DNA of 64,000 bases from a virus: UHGV virus genome UHGV-0171787. One strand, given 5' to 3'. How positions within the stretch are numbered: position 1 is the first letter of the stretch; every line of letters begins with the position of its first letter. Below are positions 1-9,549 of this stretch, piece after piece. The notes under the pieces were generated by a model. The model was not told the DNA's origin, did no database searches, and saw only the letters and a list, made by a program, of their open reading frames with translations. Position numbers and translations under genes: made by a program.

Positions 1-65
1 TTTTTAAATGAGGACTCCCCCTTTTTAGGAAACGCGCGGAAGCTGCCTAGCCCCACTCGGTCAAA

Positions 66-92
66 TTGAAATTTTAAACTGTTATATATAAG
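66..92 (+). promoter_or_regulatory. Candidate sigma70-like promoter (TTGAAA, ~15-nt spacer, TATAAG)
   Basis: Hexamers read by eye at the left edge of the window upstream of the plus-strand gene block; spacer length not ideal. Confidence 0.2.
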
Positions 93-154
93 CTTGATAA
101 CTTTATTACGGGGTTGGATACTACACATGAAGTAGTTCACTACGTTCAAGTAGC

Positions 155-325
155 CTTAACGTGACATAGCCTTTATGGGAGTGCCTTAATGTGAGGTCCC
201 CTTTATGTCTTAACTTTATCAGAGGGATTTATGACTGAAGATGAATATGGTAGCTTCTCTGAAGAAGACTACGAAAATGAATACAGGTATGCTCACGGGT
301 ATTAATGTGAGGAGGCCTTTACGGG
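155..325 (+). repeat. Three copies of a ~25-bp element (TTAAYGTGA..CCTTTAYGG) at 155-179, 185-207 and 301-325
   Basis: Direct inspection: cttaacgtgacatagcctttatggg / cttaatgtgaggtcccctttatg / attaatgtgaggaggcctttacggg, in non-coding DNA upstream of the first plus-strand genes. Confidence 0.5.
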
Positions 326-384
326 TAGGTAGTCATCAGAGAAGATGATGTGCCCTTTATACTTTCTACTCAGAGGAAAATAAT

Positions 385-495
385 ATGGGATGGTTCCTGT
401 TGGGTTTAATTCTTTTTGCCACTGTTCCTATTGTTGCTGTGTTTGGTTGCATAGCCGCTGACTTATTGGGAATAAAGAAAGGAGATGAATTATGA
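385..495 (+). CDS. Small hydrophobic protein (36 aa, single TM-like segment)
   Basis: ATG with GAGGAA 8 nt upstream; translates MGWFLLGLILFATVPIVAVFGCIAADLLGIKKGDEL; stop overlaps ATG of the 492 ORF (ATGA). Below the ORF-track size cutoff. Confidence 0.35.
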   Translation: MGWFLLGLILFATVPIVAVFGCIAADLLGIKKGDEL

Positions 496-848
496 GATTG
501 GATTTAAGAGGTTGTACTAGGTCAGTTATATTGTTCAGAGGTTATGCTATCAAGATTCCTACTTTTAAATCTTGGAAGCTTTTCTTAAAAGGGATTCTTG
601 CTAACCTACAAGAGAGACATTTCTCTGAGATGAAAGACCCCAACCTTTGTCCTGTAGTCTTCTCTGATAAGTTTGGTTTCTTAGTAATAATGAAGAGGTG
701 TAAGGTGGTTAAGCACAAAGGATTGTGGATGGCAGAGCTTCACACCTTGAAAGGCTCCCTTCCTAAAGAATTTTACCTGTCAGACCTTAAGCCAGAAAAT
801 TATGGATACCTAGGCGGACGGTTGGTTAAATTAGATTATGGAGATTGA
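492..848 (+). CDS. Hypothetical protein
   Basis: ORF track, 118 aa; coupled to the upstream small ORF and overlaps the next ORF start at 845. Confidence 0.45.
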   Translation: MRLDLRGCTRSVILFRGYAIKIPTFKSWKLFLKGILANLQERHFSEMKDPNLCPVVFSDKFGFLVIMKRCKVVKHKGLWMAELHTLKGSLPKEFYLSDLKPENYGYLGGRLVKLDYGD

Positions 849-1072
849 TCATGAATTTAATACTAGACTTTTTATCAGAGGTGATTCCACGGTTCAGAAC
901 AGAGACTTGCGCCTTTGTTAAGATATCCCCTGAAGAATTAGAATGCATCGGTCGTCTGGTTGACTTGGATGACGATGAAGAATTTGATGCAACGATGGAA
1001 GTTAGTAGCCTAGGATGGTTATTCTTCCGAGCGTTCACCACTATCAAACCACACACTTATAAGGAATATTAA
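845..1072 (+). CDS. Hypothetical protein
   Basis: ORF track, 75 aa; 4-nt overlap with upstream ORF. Confidence 0.4.
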   Translation: MIMNLILDFLSEVIPRFRTETCAFVKISPEELECIGRLVDLDDDEEFDATMEVSSLGWLFFRAFTTIKPHTYKEY

Positions 1073-1075
1073 TTT

Positions 1076-1477
1076 ATGCTAGACTTAATCCACACTACTC
1101 GCCCTGATTCTAAAACTAAAACACAACCATCTACTCTGGAAGTAGTTGAATACGAATCTACTAAATATGATCACCTCCCTGACTATGCTCGTGCAATGAT
1201 TGAGATGATTGAAGAAGCTGAATATGAAATGCTCCATGATTACATTACCTCCAAAGATGAATGGCATCGTGATGTTCGCATCGAAGAAGATGGTACAGAA
1301 ACAATTACGTGGATTCACAAGAGTGAGTTAGTAGACGACGCACTGCGAGACTACGAAAAATTTTTGGTCGACGGCTCTATTCTTTTAGAGGAAGAGAAGG
1401 GTGCAGAACTTCCGTGGGAAGGCGAGACGATTGCTCTTGGTAAGATGTTTAACCTGTCCGTTGGTGATTGTAAGTAA
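1076..1477 (+). CDS. Hypothetical acidic protein
   Basis: ORF track, 133 aa; followed by terminator hairpin. Confidence 0.5.
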   Translation: MLDLIHTTRPDSKTKTQPSTLEVVEYESTKYDHLPDYARAMIEMIEEAEYEMLHDYITSKDEWHRDVRIEEDGTETITWIHKSELVDDALRDYEKFLVDGSILLEEEKGAELPWEGETIALGKMFNLSVGDCK

Positions 1478-1482
1478 TGTTT

Positions 1483-1506
1483 GCCTCCTTTGGGAGGCTT
1501 TTTGTG
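1483..1506 (+). terminator. Rho-independent terminator candidate
   Basis: gcctcc-tttg-ggaggc hairpin followed by tttttgtg. Confidence 0.5.
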
Positions 1507-1533
1507 TTGTTGATAATGTAGAAGGAGTATAAA

Positions 1534-2007
1534 ATGTTTGGAGAAAACGGAGAACTCACACCTGCACAGGTAGCTGAGATTACAGGAAGATTACCCGGAG
1601 TAACGGAAGAACTTGAAGTCCGTGGTATGAACCCAAGCAATGGGAAGTTTCAAAAGGGAAATAAATTCGGACGACCCAAAGGTAGTAGAGGTAAACTGAC
1701 ACAATTAATGTTGGACCGTGTTGCTGCAAGTCATTTGTCTCCTGATGAAGTGTTAATTCAAATTTACGAAGATCCTAATATTCCACCTGATCTTAGATTC
1801 AAGGCTGCATCAAAAGTTGCAGATCTGGTATATCCTAAGGCGGCCTCTGTTGAAGTTAAGATTGAGGAAGAGAATGTAATCAACGAAGAATCATTGAATG
1901 CACAAATCAAGGACTTCTTGACTGGAGCACTTGGTATCGATGTTATGCCTCCAGAAGAAGATAACTCTGAGGACGCTGAAAAGGGGGAGGAAGCGGACGA
2001 GAGTTAA
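1534..2007 (+). CDS. Putative small terminase subunit
   Basis: 157-aa ORF immediately upstream of the large terminase, basic N-terminal region and acidic C-terminus; assignment by position only. Confidence 0.4.
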   Translation: MFGENGELTPAQVAEITGRLPGVTEELEVRGMNPSNGKFQKGNKFGRPKGSRGKLTQLMLDRVAASHLSPDEVLIQIYEDPNIPPDLRFKAASKVADLVYPKAASVEVKIEEENVINEESLNAQIKDFLTGALGIDVMPPEEDNSEDAEKGEEADES

Positions 2008-2076
2008 GTAAAGGAAAGAAGGGGAGGTTCTTTGACGAAGGGACTTTCCCTTTTCTATTTTTAAACTGGAGGAAGT

Positions 2077-3618
2077 ATGTCATTAGATAAACAAATTTAT
2101 GAAGCTCTAACTGGTAACAACCTTAGTGTAGATGAAAAGAAAGCACTATTGAATATGTTGAAAGAGCGTGACCAATGGAGGAAGTATAATAGGATTTTGT
2201 CTTTCAAGGCGTATGACTTCCAAAAGAAATTTTATGCAGCAGGATTGAAGCATCGCTTTAGATTCTTGTGTGCAGCGAACCGTGTTGGTAAATCTTATAG
2301 TGAGGCATACGAGTTTGCTTGTCATGTCACAGGTCGCTACCCAACTTGGTGGACAGGATATAAATTTAAAAGACCTATCTTAGCATGGGCAGTTGGTATT
2401 ACAGGGGATTCCACAAGGAAAGTATTGCAAAAGGAATTGTTTGGTACACCTATCGGAAAGGATACAAATTTATTAGGGACAGGTGTCATTCCTCGTGATG
2501 CTATCGTCATTGATACGATAGAACGAGATGGTAACAAACTTCAAATCGTACAAATCAAACATCAAAATGAGAGAGGAGAGTTTGACGGTTTAAGTACATT
2601 AGAATTCCGTTCAACCCAACAGGGTGAACATACATTGATGGGTGCAACAGTTGACTACATTTGGTTAGACGAAGAAGATCCATACGAGTCTATGGCTATA
2701 TTCGCACAGTGTGTCACACGTACACTCACAACTAAAGGTCTAGTTACAATTACAGCTACACCAGAGAACGGTTTAACTGAACTGGTAGATAAATTTATGA
2801 AAGGTGAAGGAGATGAGAACACGGGTTCTCTATATTTCCAGAATGCTTCTTGGTGGGATGCTCATGCAGACCTAGGTGGACATATCACTGACCAAGATAT
2901 AAAAGATATGACTGAAGGTATTCCAGCGTGGCAATTAGAGATGCGTTCAAAAGGTATGCCATTGTTAGGAAGTGGTTTGATTTATGATGTATCGGATGAC
3001 ACAATTAAATGTGAACCATTCGAAATTCCTGATACGTGGAAACGTGTCTGTGCAATTGATATTGGTATTGATCACCCAACTGCTGCTGTTTGGACAGCTT
3101 ACGACGCAAACACGGATACTATCTATGTTTACGACTCATATAAAGAAGGTGGCTTTACTCCAGTGTATCATGCTCCAGCTATTAATGGTCGTGGTCAGTG
3201 GATTCCTGTCATCCTACCGCATGACGCGGACAATATTGAGAAAGGTAGTGGTTCATCTGTTGCTCAATTCTATAAGAATGCAGGAGTTAATGTACAGAGT
3301 GATACCTTCTACAACAAAATTGGAATGGATGGTAAAAAGAACTTCTTTGTAGAACCGGGAATCACAGATATCCGAGAAAGAATGATGAGTGGACGCTTTA
3401 AAATCTTTAACACAGCCGCTAACGCTAAGCTATTCGAAGAGAAAGCTAGATATCACCGTAAGGTTGGTAAGATTATTAAAGAACATGATGACTTAATGGA
3501 TGCAATGCGCTATTCAGCGTGCTCTGTTACACATCGTGGTCGCTCTAAGCATGATGTTAGCTACGGAAGCGCTTCTTTGTATGAGGCAAACGTAAGCAGA
3601 TGGAATCAGAGTTACTAA
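2077..3618 (+). CDS. terL: Terminase large subunit
   Basis: 513 aa; N-terminal ATPase P-loop-like LCAANRVGKSYSE and acidic nuclease-region motifs; sits upstream of portal. Confidence 0.85.
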   Translation: MSLDKQIYEALTGNNLSVDEKKALLNMLKERDQWRKYNRILSFKAYDFQKKFYAAGLKHRFRFLCAANRVGKSYSEAYEFACHVTGRYPTWWTGYKFKRPILAWAVGITGDSTRKVLQKELFGTPIGKDTNLLGTGVIPRDAIVIDTIERDGNKLQIVQIKHQNERGEFDGLSTLEFRSTQQGEHTLMGATVDYIWLDEEDPYESMAIFAQCVTRTLTTKGLVTITATPENGLTELVDKFMKGEGDENTGSLYFQNASWWDAHADLGGHITDQDIKDMTEGIPAWQLEMRSKGMPLLGSGLIYDVSDDTIKCEPFEIPDTWKRVCAIDIGIDHPTAAVWTAYDANTDTIYVYDSYKEGGFTPVYHAPAINGRGQWIPVILPHDADNIEKGSGSSVAQFYKNAGVNVQSDTFYNKIGMDGKKNFFVEPGITDIRERMMSGRFKIFNTAANAKLFEEKARYHRKVGKIIKEHDDLMDAMRYSACSVTHRGRSKHDVSYGSASLYEANVSRWNQSY

Positions 3619-3623
3619 AGTAA

Positions 3624-3655
3624 GGGGGAGGTTTATCCTCCCTTCTTTTATTTAA
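3624..3655 (+). terminator. Terminator-like hairpin between terminase and portal
   Basis: ggggagg-tttat-cctccc followed by ttcttttattt. Confidence 0.35.
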
Positions 3656-3679
3656 GCTATCAACCGAGGGAGAGAATCG

Positions 3680-5923
3680 ATGGCTAAGCAAAAATATAGT
3701 GAAGAGGTGTTGGACGAGTTACGTGTTGACCTTCAACGTCGTTTTAATTATGCTCAAGGCTACGTAGACACAGCTGTTAAGGGCTATGCTCGTGAAGCTT
3801 GGGAATATTTCTATGGTAACTTACCTGCACCAGTAACTGCTGGCAGCTCTAGTTGGGTAGATCGTACTGTTTGGGAATCTGTTAACGGTACATTGCAAGA
3901 TATTATTAACGTATTCTGTTCTGGTGACGAAGCGGTTACTTTCGTAGCTGACAACCAACAGGATTCTGATGCTGCTGATGTAGCAACTAAACTAGTTAAC
4001 CAAATTCTTCTGCGTGATAATCCGGGATATAATATTATCTCTTCTGCTGCACAAGAATGTCTGGTTACTCGTAACTCTTTTATCAAATATTATTGGGATG
4101 AGCAAACTTCTACTCAAACTGAAGAGGCTGAAGGTGTACCACCGGAAGCATTGGCTGCATATGTTCAGGGATTAGAAGCTGGTGGACTCAAGAATCTGGA
4201 AATCTTCACTGAAGAAAATGAAGATGGTACAGTAGATGTTAAAGTTACTTACGAACAAACTGTTAAACGTGTGAAAGTTGAATATGTTCCTTCAGAGCAA
4301 ATCTTTGTTGATGAACATGCTACCTCTTTTGCAGATGCACAATACTTCTGTCATCGTGTACGTCGTTCTAAAGAAGATCTGGTTGCTATGGGCTTCCCTA
4401 AAGATGAGATTGAAGCATTCAACGACTGGACAGATACGATGGATACCACTCAATCTACAGTTGCTTGGTCTCGTACTGACTGGCGTCAGGATATTGATGC
4501 TGATATTGGCACAGATACCGAAGATATTGCTTCTATGGTTTGGGTTTATGAGCACTACATTCGTACAGGTGTTCTAGATAAGAATAAAGAGTCTAAACTC
4601 TATCAGGTTATTCAAGCTGGTGAGCATATCCTTCACACTGAAGAAGTAACTCACATTCCGTTTGTAACCTTCTGCCCATATCCTATTCCGGGTTCCTTCT
4701 ATGGTCAATCGGTCTATGACATTACGAAAGATATTCAAGATTTACGTACCGCGTTAGTTCGTGGTTATATCGATAACGTCAACAATGCTAACTATGGTCG
4801 ATACAAAGCTCTTGTTGGTGCATATGATCGTCGCTCTCTGCTTGATAACCGTCCCGGTGGAGTGGTTGAAATGGAACGTCAGGACGCTATTGACCTGTTC
4901 CCATACCATAACCTACCTCAAGGTATTGATGGCCTCCTAGGTATGTCTGAGGAGCTTAAAGAGACACGTACAGGTGTAACCAAACTAGGTATGGGTATCA
5001 ACCCTGATGTGTTTAAGAATGATAACGCTTATGCAACCGTAGGCTTGATGATGAATGCTGCACAGAACCGTCTCCGTATGGTATGTCGTAACATTGCTCA
5101 CAATGGTATGGTTGAATTGATGCGTGGTATTTACAGCCTTATCAGAGAAAATGGTGAAGTTCCTATCGAGGTACAAACCCCTCGTGGTATGGTTCAGGTT
5201 AATCCGAAACAATTACCAGCTCGTCACAATCTTCAAGTTGTTGTAGCTATCTCCCCTAATGAGAAAGCAGAACGTGCACAGAAACTGATTAGCTTGAAAC
5301 AGCTGATTGCAGCAGATGCACAGTTAGCACCTCTCTTTGGTTTGGAGCAAGACCGTTACATGACTGCACAGATCTTTGAGTTGATGGGTATTAAAGATAC
5401 ACATAAATACCTTCTGCCTCTGGAACAATATCAGCCTCCAGAACCTTCTCCGATGGAAATCCTCCAGCTCGAGATGACTAAAGCACAGGTTGAGAACGTA
5501 CAGGCTTCTTCTCAGAAGATGATTGCTGATGCATTCGACCAACGTGAACGTACTACATTCGAACAGCAGAAAGCTGCGGATGAATTAAGTCTGCGTCAGG
5601 AAGAGTTGCAGTTCAAGCAAGAAAATGCAGCAGATGCAATGACTCTGGAAAACCGTAAAGAAGATAACAATGCTACTCTGGAACAAGCTAAGCACAAGTT
5701 AGCTCTTATGCAACAGCAGGTCCGTCAGTATGAATCTGTACTAAAAGAGTTGCAGATGGTTATGTCTCATCAGGTTGACCAAGAGAAGCTTAATGAACAA
5801 TCACGCATTCAAAACAAGACTTTGGAACTCCAAAAGAAAGAAGCTAATGTAACTAAGAAAGAGCAACAAACTTCTCTCAAAGATTCACGGATTCAAGGCA
5901 AACGTCTTGGAAGTAAAAAGTAA
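3680..5923 (+). CDS. Portal protein with C-terminal coiled-coil/charged tail
   Basis: 747 aa directly downstream of terL; C-terminal 200 aa Gln/Glu/Lys-rich; assignment by size and synteny. Confidence 0.7.
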   Translation: MAKQKYSEEVLDELRVDLQRRFNYAQGYVDTAVKGYAREAWEYFYGNLPAPVTAGSSSWVDRTVWESVNGTLQDIINVFCSGDEAVTFVADNQQDSDAADVATKLVNQILLRDNPGYNIISSAAQECLVTRNSFIKYYWDEQTSTQTEEAEGVPPEALAAYVQGLEAGGLKNLEIFTEENEDGTVDVKVTYEQTVKRVKVEYVPSEQIFVDEHATSFADAQYFCHRVRRSKEDLVAMGFPKDEIEAFNDWTDTMDTTQSTVAWSRTDWRQDIDADIGTDTEDIASMVWVYEHYIRTGVLDKNKESKLYQVIQAGEHILHTEEVTHIPFVTFCPYPIPGSFYGQSVYDITKDIQDLRTALVRGYIDNVNNANYGRYKALVGAYDRRSLLDNRPGGVVEMERQDAIDLFPYHNLPQGIDGLLGMSEELKETRTGVTKLGMGINPDVFKNDNAYATVGLMMNAAQNRLRMVCRNIAHNGMVELMRGIYSLIRENGEVPIEVQTPRGMVQVNPKQLPARHNLQVVVAISPNEKAERAQKLISLKQLIAADAQLAPLFGLEQDRYMTAQIFELMGIKDTHKYLLPLEQYQPPEPSPMEILQLEMTKAQVENVQASSQKMIADAFDQRERTTFEQQKAADELSLRQEELQFKQENAADAMTLENRKEDNNATLEQAKHKLALMQQQVRQYESVLKELQMVMSHQVDQEKLNEQSRIQNKTLELQKKEANVTKKEQQTSLKDSRIQGKRLGSKK

Positions 5924-5932
5924 GGACGTCGA

Positions 5933-6169
5933 ATGAACATTAGGCATCAATTCAATAAAGAGCACGCCGCCGCTTTGGCGGCTCTCAATCTTAACGGCAG
6001 TCTTGACGCAGCATTAGAGGCATTGAAAGAAAGACTCATGACCGAGATAGTTCAAACTGAACCTCATGAGAATAAGAAACGCGAAGATTGTTATCAAAAG
6101 TATAAAATGGTGGGTAGCTTAAAAGAGGTCATAAAAGCTGCTATCAATAGTGCAGGAGATGTTTCATAA
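5933..6169 (+). CDS. Hypothetical protein
   Basis: ORF track, 78 aa; stop overlaps start of next gene (TAATG). Confidence 0.45.
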   Translation: MNIRHQFNKEHAAALAALNLNGSLDAALEALKERLMTEIVQTEPHENKKREDCYQKYKMVGSLKEVIKAAINSAGDVS

Positions 6170-7245
6170 TGCCACAAGATAATTATATTGACCCGAACGA
6201 TTTTAAATCTTTCCTCCAACTGGATGACCTGAAAGGTTCTTTCAAAGAAGAACTCGGTCGATTAGAATCTGAACAAGAGCCAGAAGTGGACATTGACGAT
6301 GAGTTCCCGGAAAAAGACGGTGACGATTTCGACTTTGATACCGACCTTCTCGGTGAAAGCGATGAGCTTAAGTTCGAAGATGAAGATGGTTGGGAAGATC
6401 ATGATGAGGAAGGCGAAGTCGAAGAAGATGAAGATGAATCCTCTGAAGCAGAAGAGCAAGAGGAAGAAGATTCAAGTGATGCAGGGTATGAAGATGATTC
6501 TGCTGACGGTGAAGGTGAAGTCTTTGATGTAGACTACGAAACCGTTATCACCCTTCCTGATGGACGTGAGATGACTATTGAAGAACTTTCTAATGGCTAT
6601 CTTACTGGTGCTGATATGACAGAACGAGAATCAACTCTTCAGCGTCATATGGAAGCATTTGAGGAACGTGTAGTAGGTTTGAAGGATGTATTAGAATTAG
6701 CGTCTTTAGAAGCAGACCGAGTAATTGAAGATTACAATGGTTTTGATTGGGACAAGCTTGCAGTAGAAGATCCTCAAGCATATGTTGAAAACAAACGTTT
6801 CCTAGAGAAGTACACAGCTCGTCGTAACCAGCTTGAACAGGCTCAAGTCCGTATTAAGCAGGAAGCAGCAGCTAAAGAGCAGGAAGCTTTCCAAGCCAAG
6901 AGTGTTGAGTGCGTTAATATTCTGAAACGTGAGATTCCAAATTGGGATGAAAACTTATATCAAAACTTAATGCAATATGCAATTGACTTAGGTGCTACTG
7001 AAGAAGAAATATTGAAGGAAAACCGTCCGTCTATTTTCCTAGCTCTCCACAAAGCATACCAATTTGATAAAGGTAAGCAGCAGGTGATGGCTAAGATTAA
7101 ACGTCCCGGTGCTCCACGCAAGGTTGTGAAGTCTGATGCTGCAAAGTCTCGTACTTCCAATAAGCCCGACAACGCTAAGGTTGCCAAGGCATTCGCAGAG
7201 GGTCGCGTTAGTCACGAAGACGCATTCAAATTCCTCGTAGATTAA
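6169..7245 (+). CDS. Scaffolding protein candidate
   Basis: 358 aa, extremely acidic N-terminal region (Asp/Glu runs) and helical C-terminal half, positioned between portal and capsid genes. Confidence 0.6.
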   Translation: MPQDNYIDPNDFKSFLQLDDLKGSFKEELGRLESEQEPEVDIDDEFPEKDGDDFDFDTDLLGESDELKFEDEDGWEDHDEEGEVEEDEDESSEAEEQEEEDSSDAGYEDDSADGEGEVFDVDYETVITLPDGREMTIEELSNGYLTGADMTERESTLQRHMEAFEERVVGLKDVLELASLEADRVIEDYNGFDWDKLAVEDPQAYVENKRFLEKYTARRNQLEQAQVRIKQEAAAKEQEAFQAKSVECVNILKREIPNWDENLYQNLMQYAIDLGATEEEILKENRPSIFLALHKAYQFDKGKQQVMAKIKRPGAPRKVVKSDAAKSRTSNKPDNAKVAKAFAEGRVSHEDAFKFLVD

Positions 7246-7285
7246 TCGACAAATTAATTATTAATAGTATAGGAGCTAATATAAC

Positions 7286-8347
7286 ATGGCTAGTCCAACT
7301 TTATTTGTATCGTATGACCAGAATGGTAAAAAACTTTCTTTTGCTAACTGGATTTCTGTTCTGTCCCCTCAGGATACCCCGTTCGTATCTATGACCGGTA
7401 AAGAGTCTATCAACCAGACTATCTTTAGCTGGCAGACCGATGCACTGGCAAGCGTTGACGGTAATAACGCACACGTCGAAGGCTCTCGTGCTGAAGACGG
7501 CGAAATGAAACCGACTGTTATCAAATCTAACGTTACTCAGATTCTGCGTAAGGTTGTTCGTGTTTCTGATACTGCTAACACCACCGCTAACTACGGTCGT
7601 GGTCGTGAACTGATGTATCAGCTGGAGAAGAAAGGTAAAGAGATCAAGCGTGACCTCGAGAAAATCCTTCTGTCCGGTCAGGCTCGTACCGACGTTCTGG
7701 CTGACCAGTACCTGACTAACTCTGCAACTGATCCTGCTGTTGTTGGTCTGAATGACACCCATACAGCTCGTAAGACTGGTGCATTCCAGTTCCTGTGTGC
7801 TCACGGTGGTCTGGCTGGTGGTGTTGTTGACAAGACCAAGAATGGTCCTGCTGACCCGGATACTGGTGCAATCACTGTTAAAGTTGCACAGAATGCTTCT
7901 AACCCGACCACTAACATTGGTTTCGACGAAGCTGATATCTTTGATATGACTCTGCAACTGTATACCGCTGGTTCTGAAGCAGATATCATCATGATTAACC
8001 CGGCTCATGCTAAGATCTTCGCTGGTCTGCAAGAAAATACTCAGGGTTCACGTAAGCGTATCTTTGAGAACACCAAGCAGTTCATCTACGAAGTTAACAG
8101 CATCACTGACCCGCTGGGCCAGAGCTACAAAATCATCGTTAACCGTTGGATGCCTACCGATGCAGTTTACTTCTTCCGTAGCGCTGACTGGACTCAGATG
8201 GTTCTGCGTGCTCCGAAACGTACTGAACTGGCTAAAGATGGTTCTTATGAGAAATGGATGATTGAAATGGAAGTTGGTCTGCGTCACCGCAACCCGTATG
8301 CTTCCGGCGTTCTGTTCACTGCTGCGGGAAAGGTAGCGGCGGCGTAA
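7286..8347 (+). CDS. Major capsid protein
   Basis: 353 aa, located after scaffold; size and position typical; strong codon bias consistent with high expression. Confidence 0.7.
   Translation: MASPTLFVSYDQNGKKLSFANWISVLSPQDTPFVSMTGKESINQTIFSWQTDALASVDGNNAHVEGSRAEDGEMKPTVIKSNVTQILRKVVRVSDTANTTANYGRGRELMYQLEKKGKEIKRDLEKILLSGQARTDVLADQYLTNSATDPAVVGLNDTHTARKTGAFQFLCAHGGLAGGVVDKTKNGPADPDTGAITVKVAQNASNPTTNIGFDEADIFDMTLQLYTAGSEADIIMINPAHAKIFAGLQENTQGSRKRIFENTKQFIYEVNSITDPLGQSYKIIVNRWMPTDAVYFFRSADWTQMVLRAPKRTELAKDGSYEKWMIEMEVGLRHRNPYASGVLFTAAGKVAAA
8326..8332 (+). other. Candidate -1 ribosomal frameshift slippery heptamer G_GGA_AAG
   Basis: X_XXY_YYZ heptamer in the capsid reading frame 5 codons before its stop; the -1 frame is open from 8266 through the Ig-like ORF. 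Confidence 0.45.
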
Positions 8348-8349
8348 CA

Positions 8350-9450
8350 GTAGATTCCGTAACTGTTAGTCCTTCGTCGGTTGCAAGCCTTCCGACGGGG
8401 GCTACTCAGCAGTTTACAGCTACAGCAGAAATGAGTGACGGCTCCACAAGCACAACTGGATTTAATTGGTCCGTTGAAGGCGGTGGGGCTATTTCTGTTT
8501 CTGGGCTATACACTGCACCGAGTGCGTCGCAAGAAACCCCAGCAATTATTACGGCAACGAAGTCATCCAAGAAAGGGACGGCTACTGTTAATTCTATCTA
8601 CGAACCAGCGACTATTGTATCAAAAGGTCCTATTACTGGTAAGATTGGTGGCAGCACTACAGCATTCACCACAATGTTTACAGCAACCAACTCAGCATTC
8701 TCTGATTATGAGTTTGAAATCACTCCTCCGTCAGCAGGTTCTTTTAACCTGTCGGGTGTATTTGGTTTAGATGACAATGCATCTGGAACAGTGACTGTAA
8801 AAGCAACGCATAAAACTCAAACCTCAGTTACTGCAACAGGGACAATCAGTGGTGTAATTCCTAAAGCTACTATCACAGGTAAGTCTCTTACCGGTAAGGT
8901 TGGTGGTGATGTGATTCCTTTTACTGACATGTTTACTAGTAACAAACCAGCATCGGAATTTACTTACGCACTGACTCCTGATGGTGAAGTTGGTTCAATC
9001 AACACTACTACTGGTGCACTGACTTTAGCACTGGCTCCTACAGATGAACTTATGAGTGTTAAAGCAACCCATAAAACACAAACTTCTGTAACAGCTACTG
9101 CTACAATTACAGCAACACCGAAGTTGACAGGTCTTGTCCTTTCTTCTGTGACTAACACCACGGTTACTGGAAGCCCTGCGGTTCCGGCTGAATCTGATAC
9201 AATTACTATCACTGATTCAGGTGTTGCAGGTGTTGCTCGTGTAGATGGGGTTCCTCAAGGAGCTTTAACTGGAGCTTTGGCCTATGATGTAGAAGGTACA
9301 GATTCTTCATTGATGACAGTGGATTTAACCAGCAATGTGTTAACTATCACCCTGTCAGCACCGATTACCAGTGAAGATACAAAAATTACCATCCGAACTA
9401 ATCCGGGTTCTGATGTTTTCCGTACTTATATTGTTAAATCTGGTGCATAA
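8350..9450 (+). CDS. Ig-like (Big_2) domain capsid-decoration region, likely C-terminal extension of the capsid protein
   Basis: Big_2-like sequence (VTVSPSSVASLPTGATQQFTATAEMSDGST...) begins upstream of the track ATG at 8431, in the -1 frame relative to the capsid gene; no SD before 8431; internal repeats VKATHKTQTSVTAT. Confidence 0.55.
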   Translation, partial: VDSVTVSPSSVASLPTGATQQFTATAEMSDGSTSTTGFNWSVEGGGAISVSGLYTAPSASQETPAIITATKSSKKGTATVNSIYEPATIVSKGPITGKIGGSTTAFTTMFTATNSAFSDYEFEITPPSAGSFNLSGVFGLDDNASGTVTVKATHKTQTSVTATGTISGVIPKATITGKSLTGKVGGDVIPFTDMFTSNKPASEFTYALTPDGEVGSINTTTGALTLALAPTDELMSVKATHKTQTSVTATATITATPKLTGLVLSSVTNTTVTGSPAVPAESDTITITDSGVAGVARVDGVPQGALTGALAYDVEGTDSSLMTVDLTSNVLTITLSAPITSEDTKITIRTNPGSDVFRTYIVKSGA

Positions 9451-9455
9451 GAATA

Positions 9456-9486
9456 AAGCCGCCTTCGGGTGGCTTTTCTTGTTTTA
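9456..9486 (+). terminator. Rho-independent terminator
   Basis: aagccgcc-ttcg-ggtggctt hairpin followed by tttcttgtttt. Confidence 0.55.
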
Positions 9487-9507
9487 AGACCTATACAAGT
9501 CAGTGTG

Positions 9508-9516
9508 TAATGTATA
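9508..9516 (+). promoter_or_regulatory. Candidate phage promoter element TAATGTATA
   Basis: Same 9-mer also at 24244-24252; both sit 34-39 nt upstream of a plus-strand gene start. Confidence 0.4.
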
Positions 9517-9549
9517 TTCTTTGTCTACATATAACAAGGAGGACAACCT

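Noticed and set aside
155-325. CRISPR array
   Set aside because: Only three copies, irregular spacing (30 bp then about 115 bp), imperfect repeats and no cas genes; not CRISPR-like.
7301-8032. 243-aa minus-strand ORF inside the major capsid gene
   Set aside because: Entirely antisense to a strongly supported, highly biased coding region; low-complexity translation; no SD. Treated as a frame artefact, as were similar antisense ORFs (e.g. 3811-4086, 11058-11423, 14271-14636, 23222-23608, 24993-25358).
8431-9450. Ig-like protein as an independently initiated gene from ATG 8431
   Set aside because: The Big_2 domain clearly begins upstream of this ATG in the same frame and there is no SD, so the frameshift-fusion reading is preferred, though independent initiation is not excluded.
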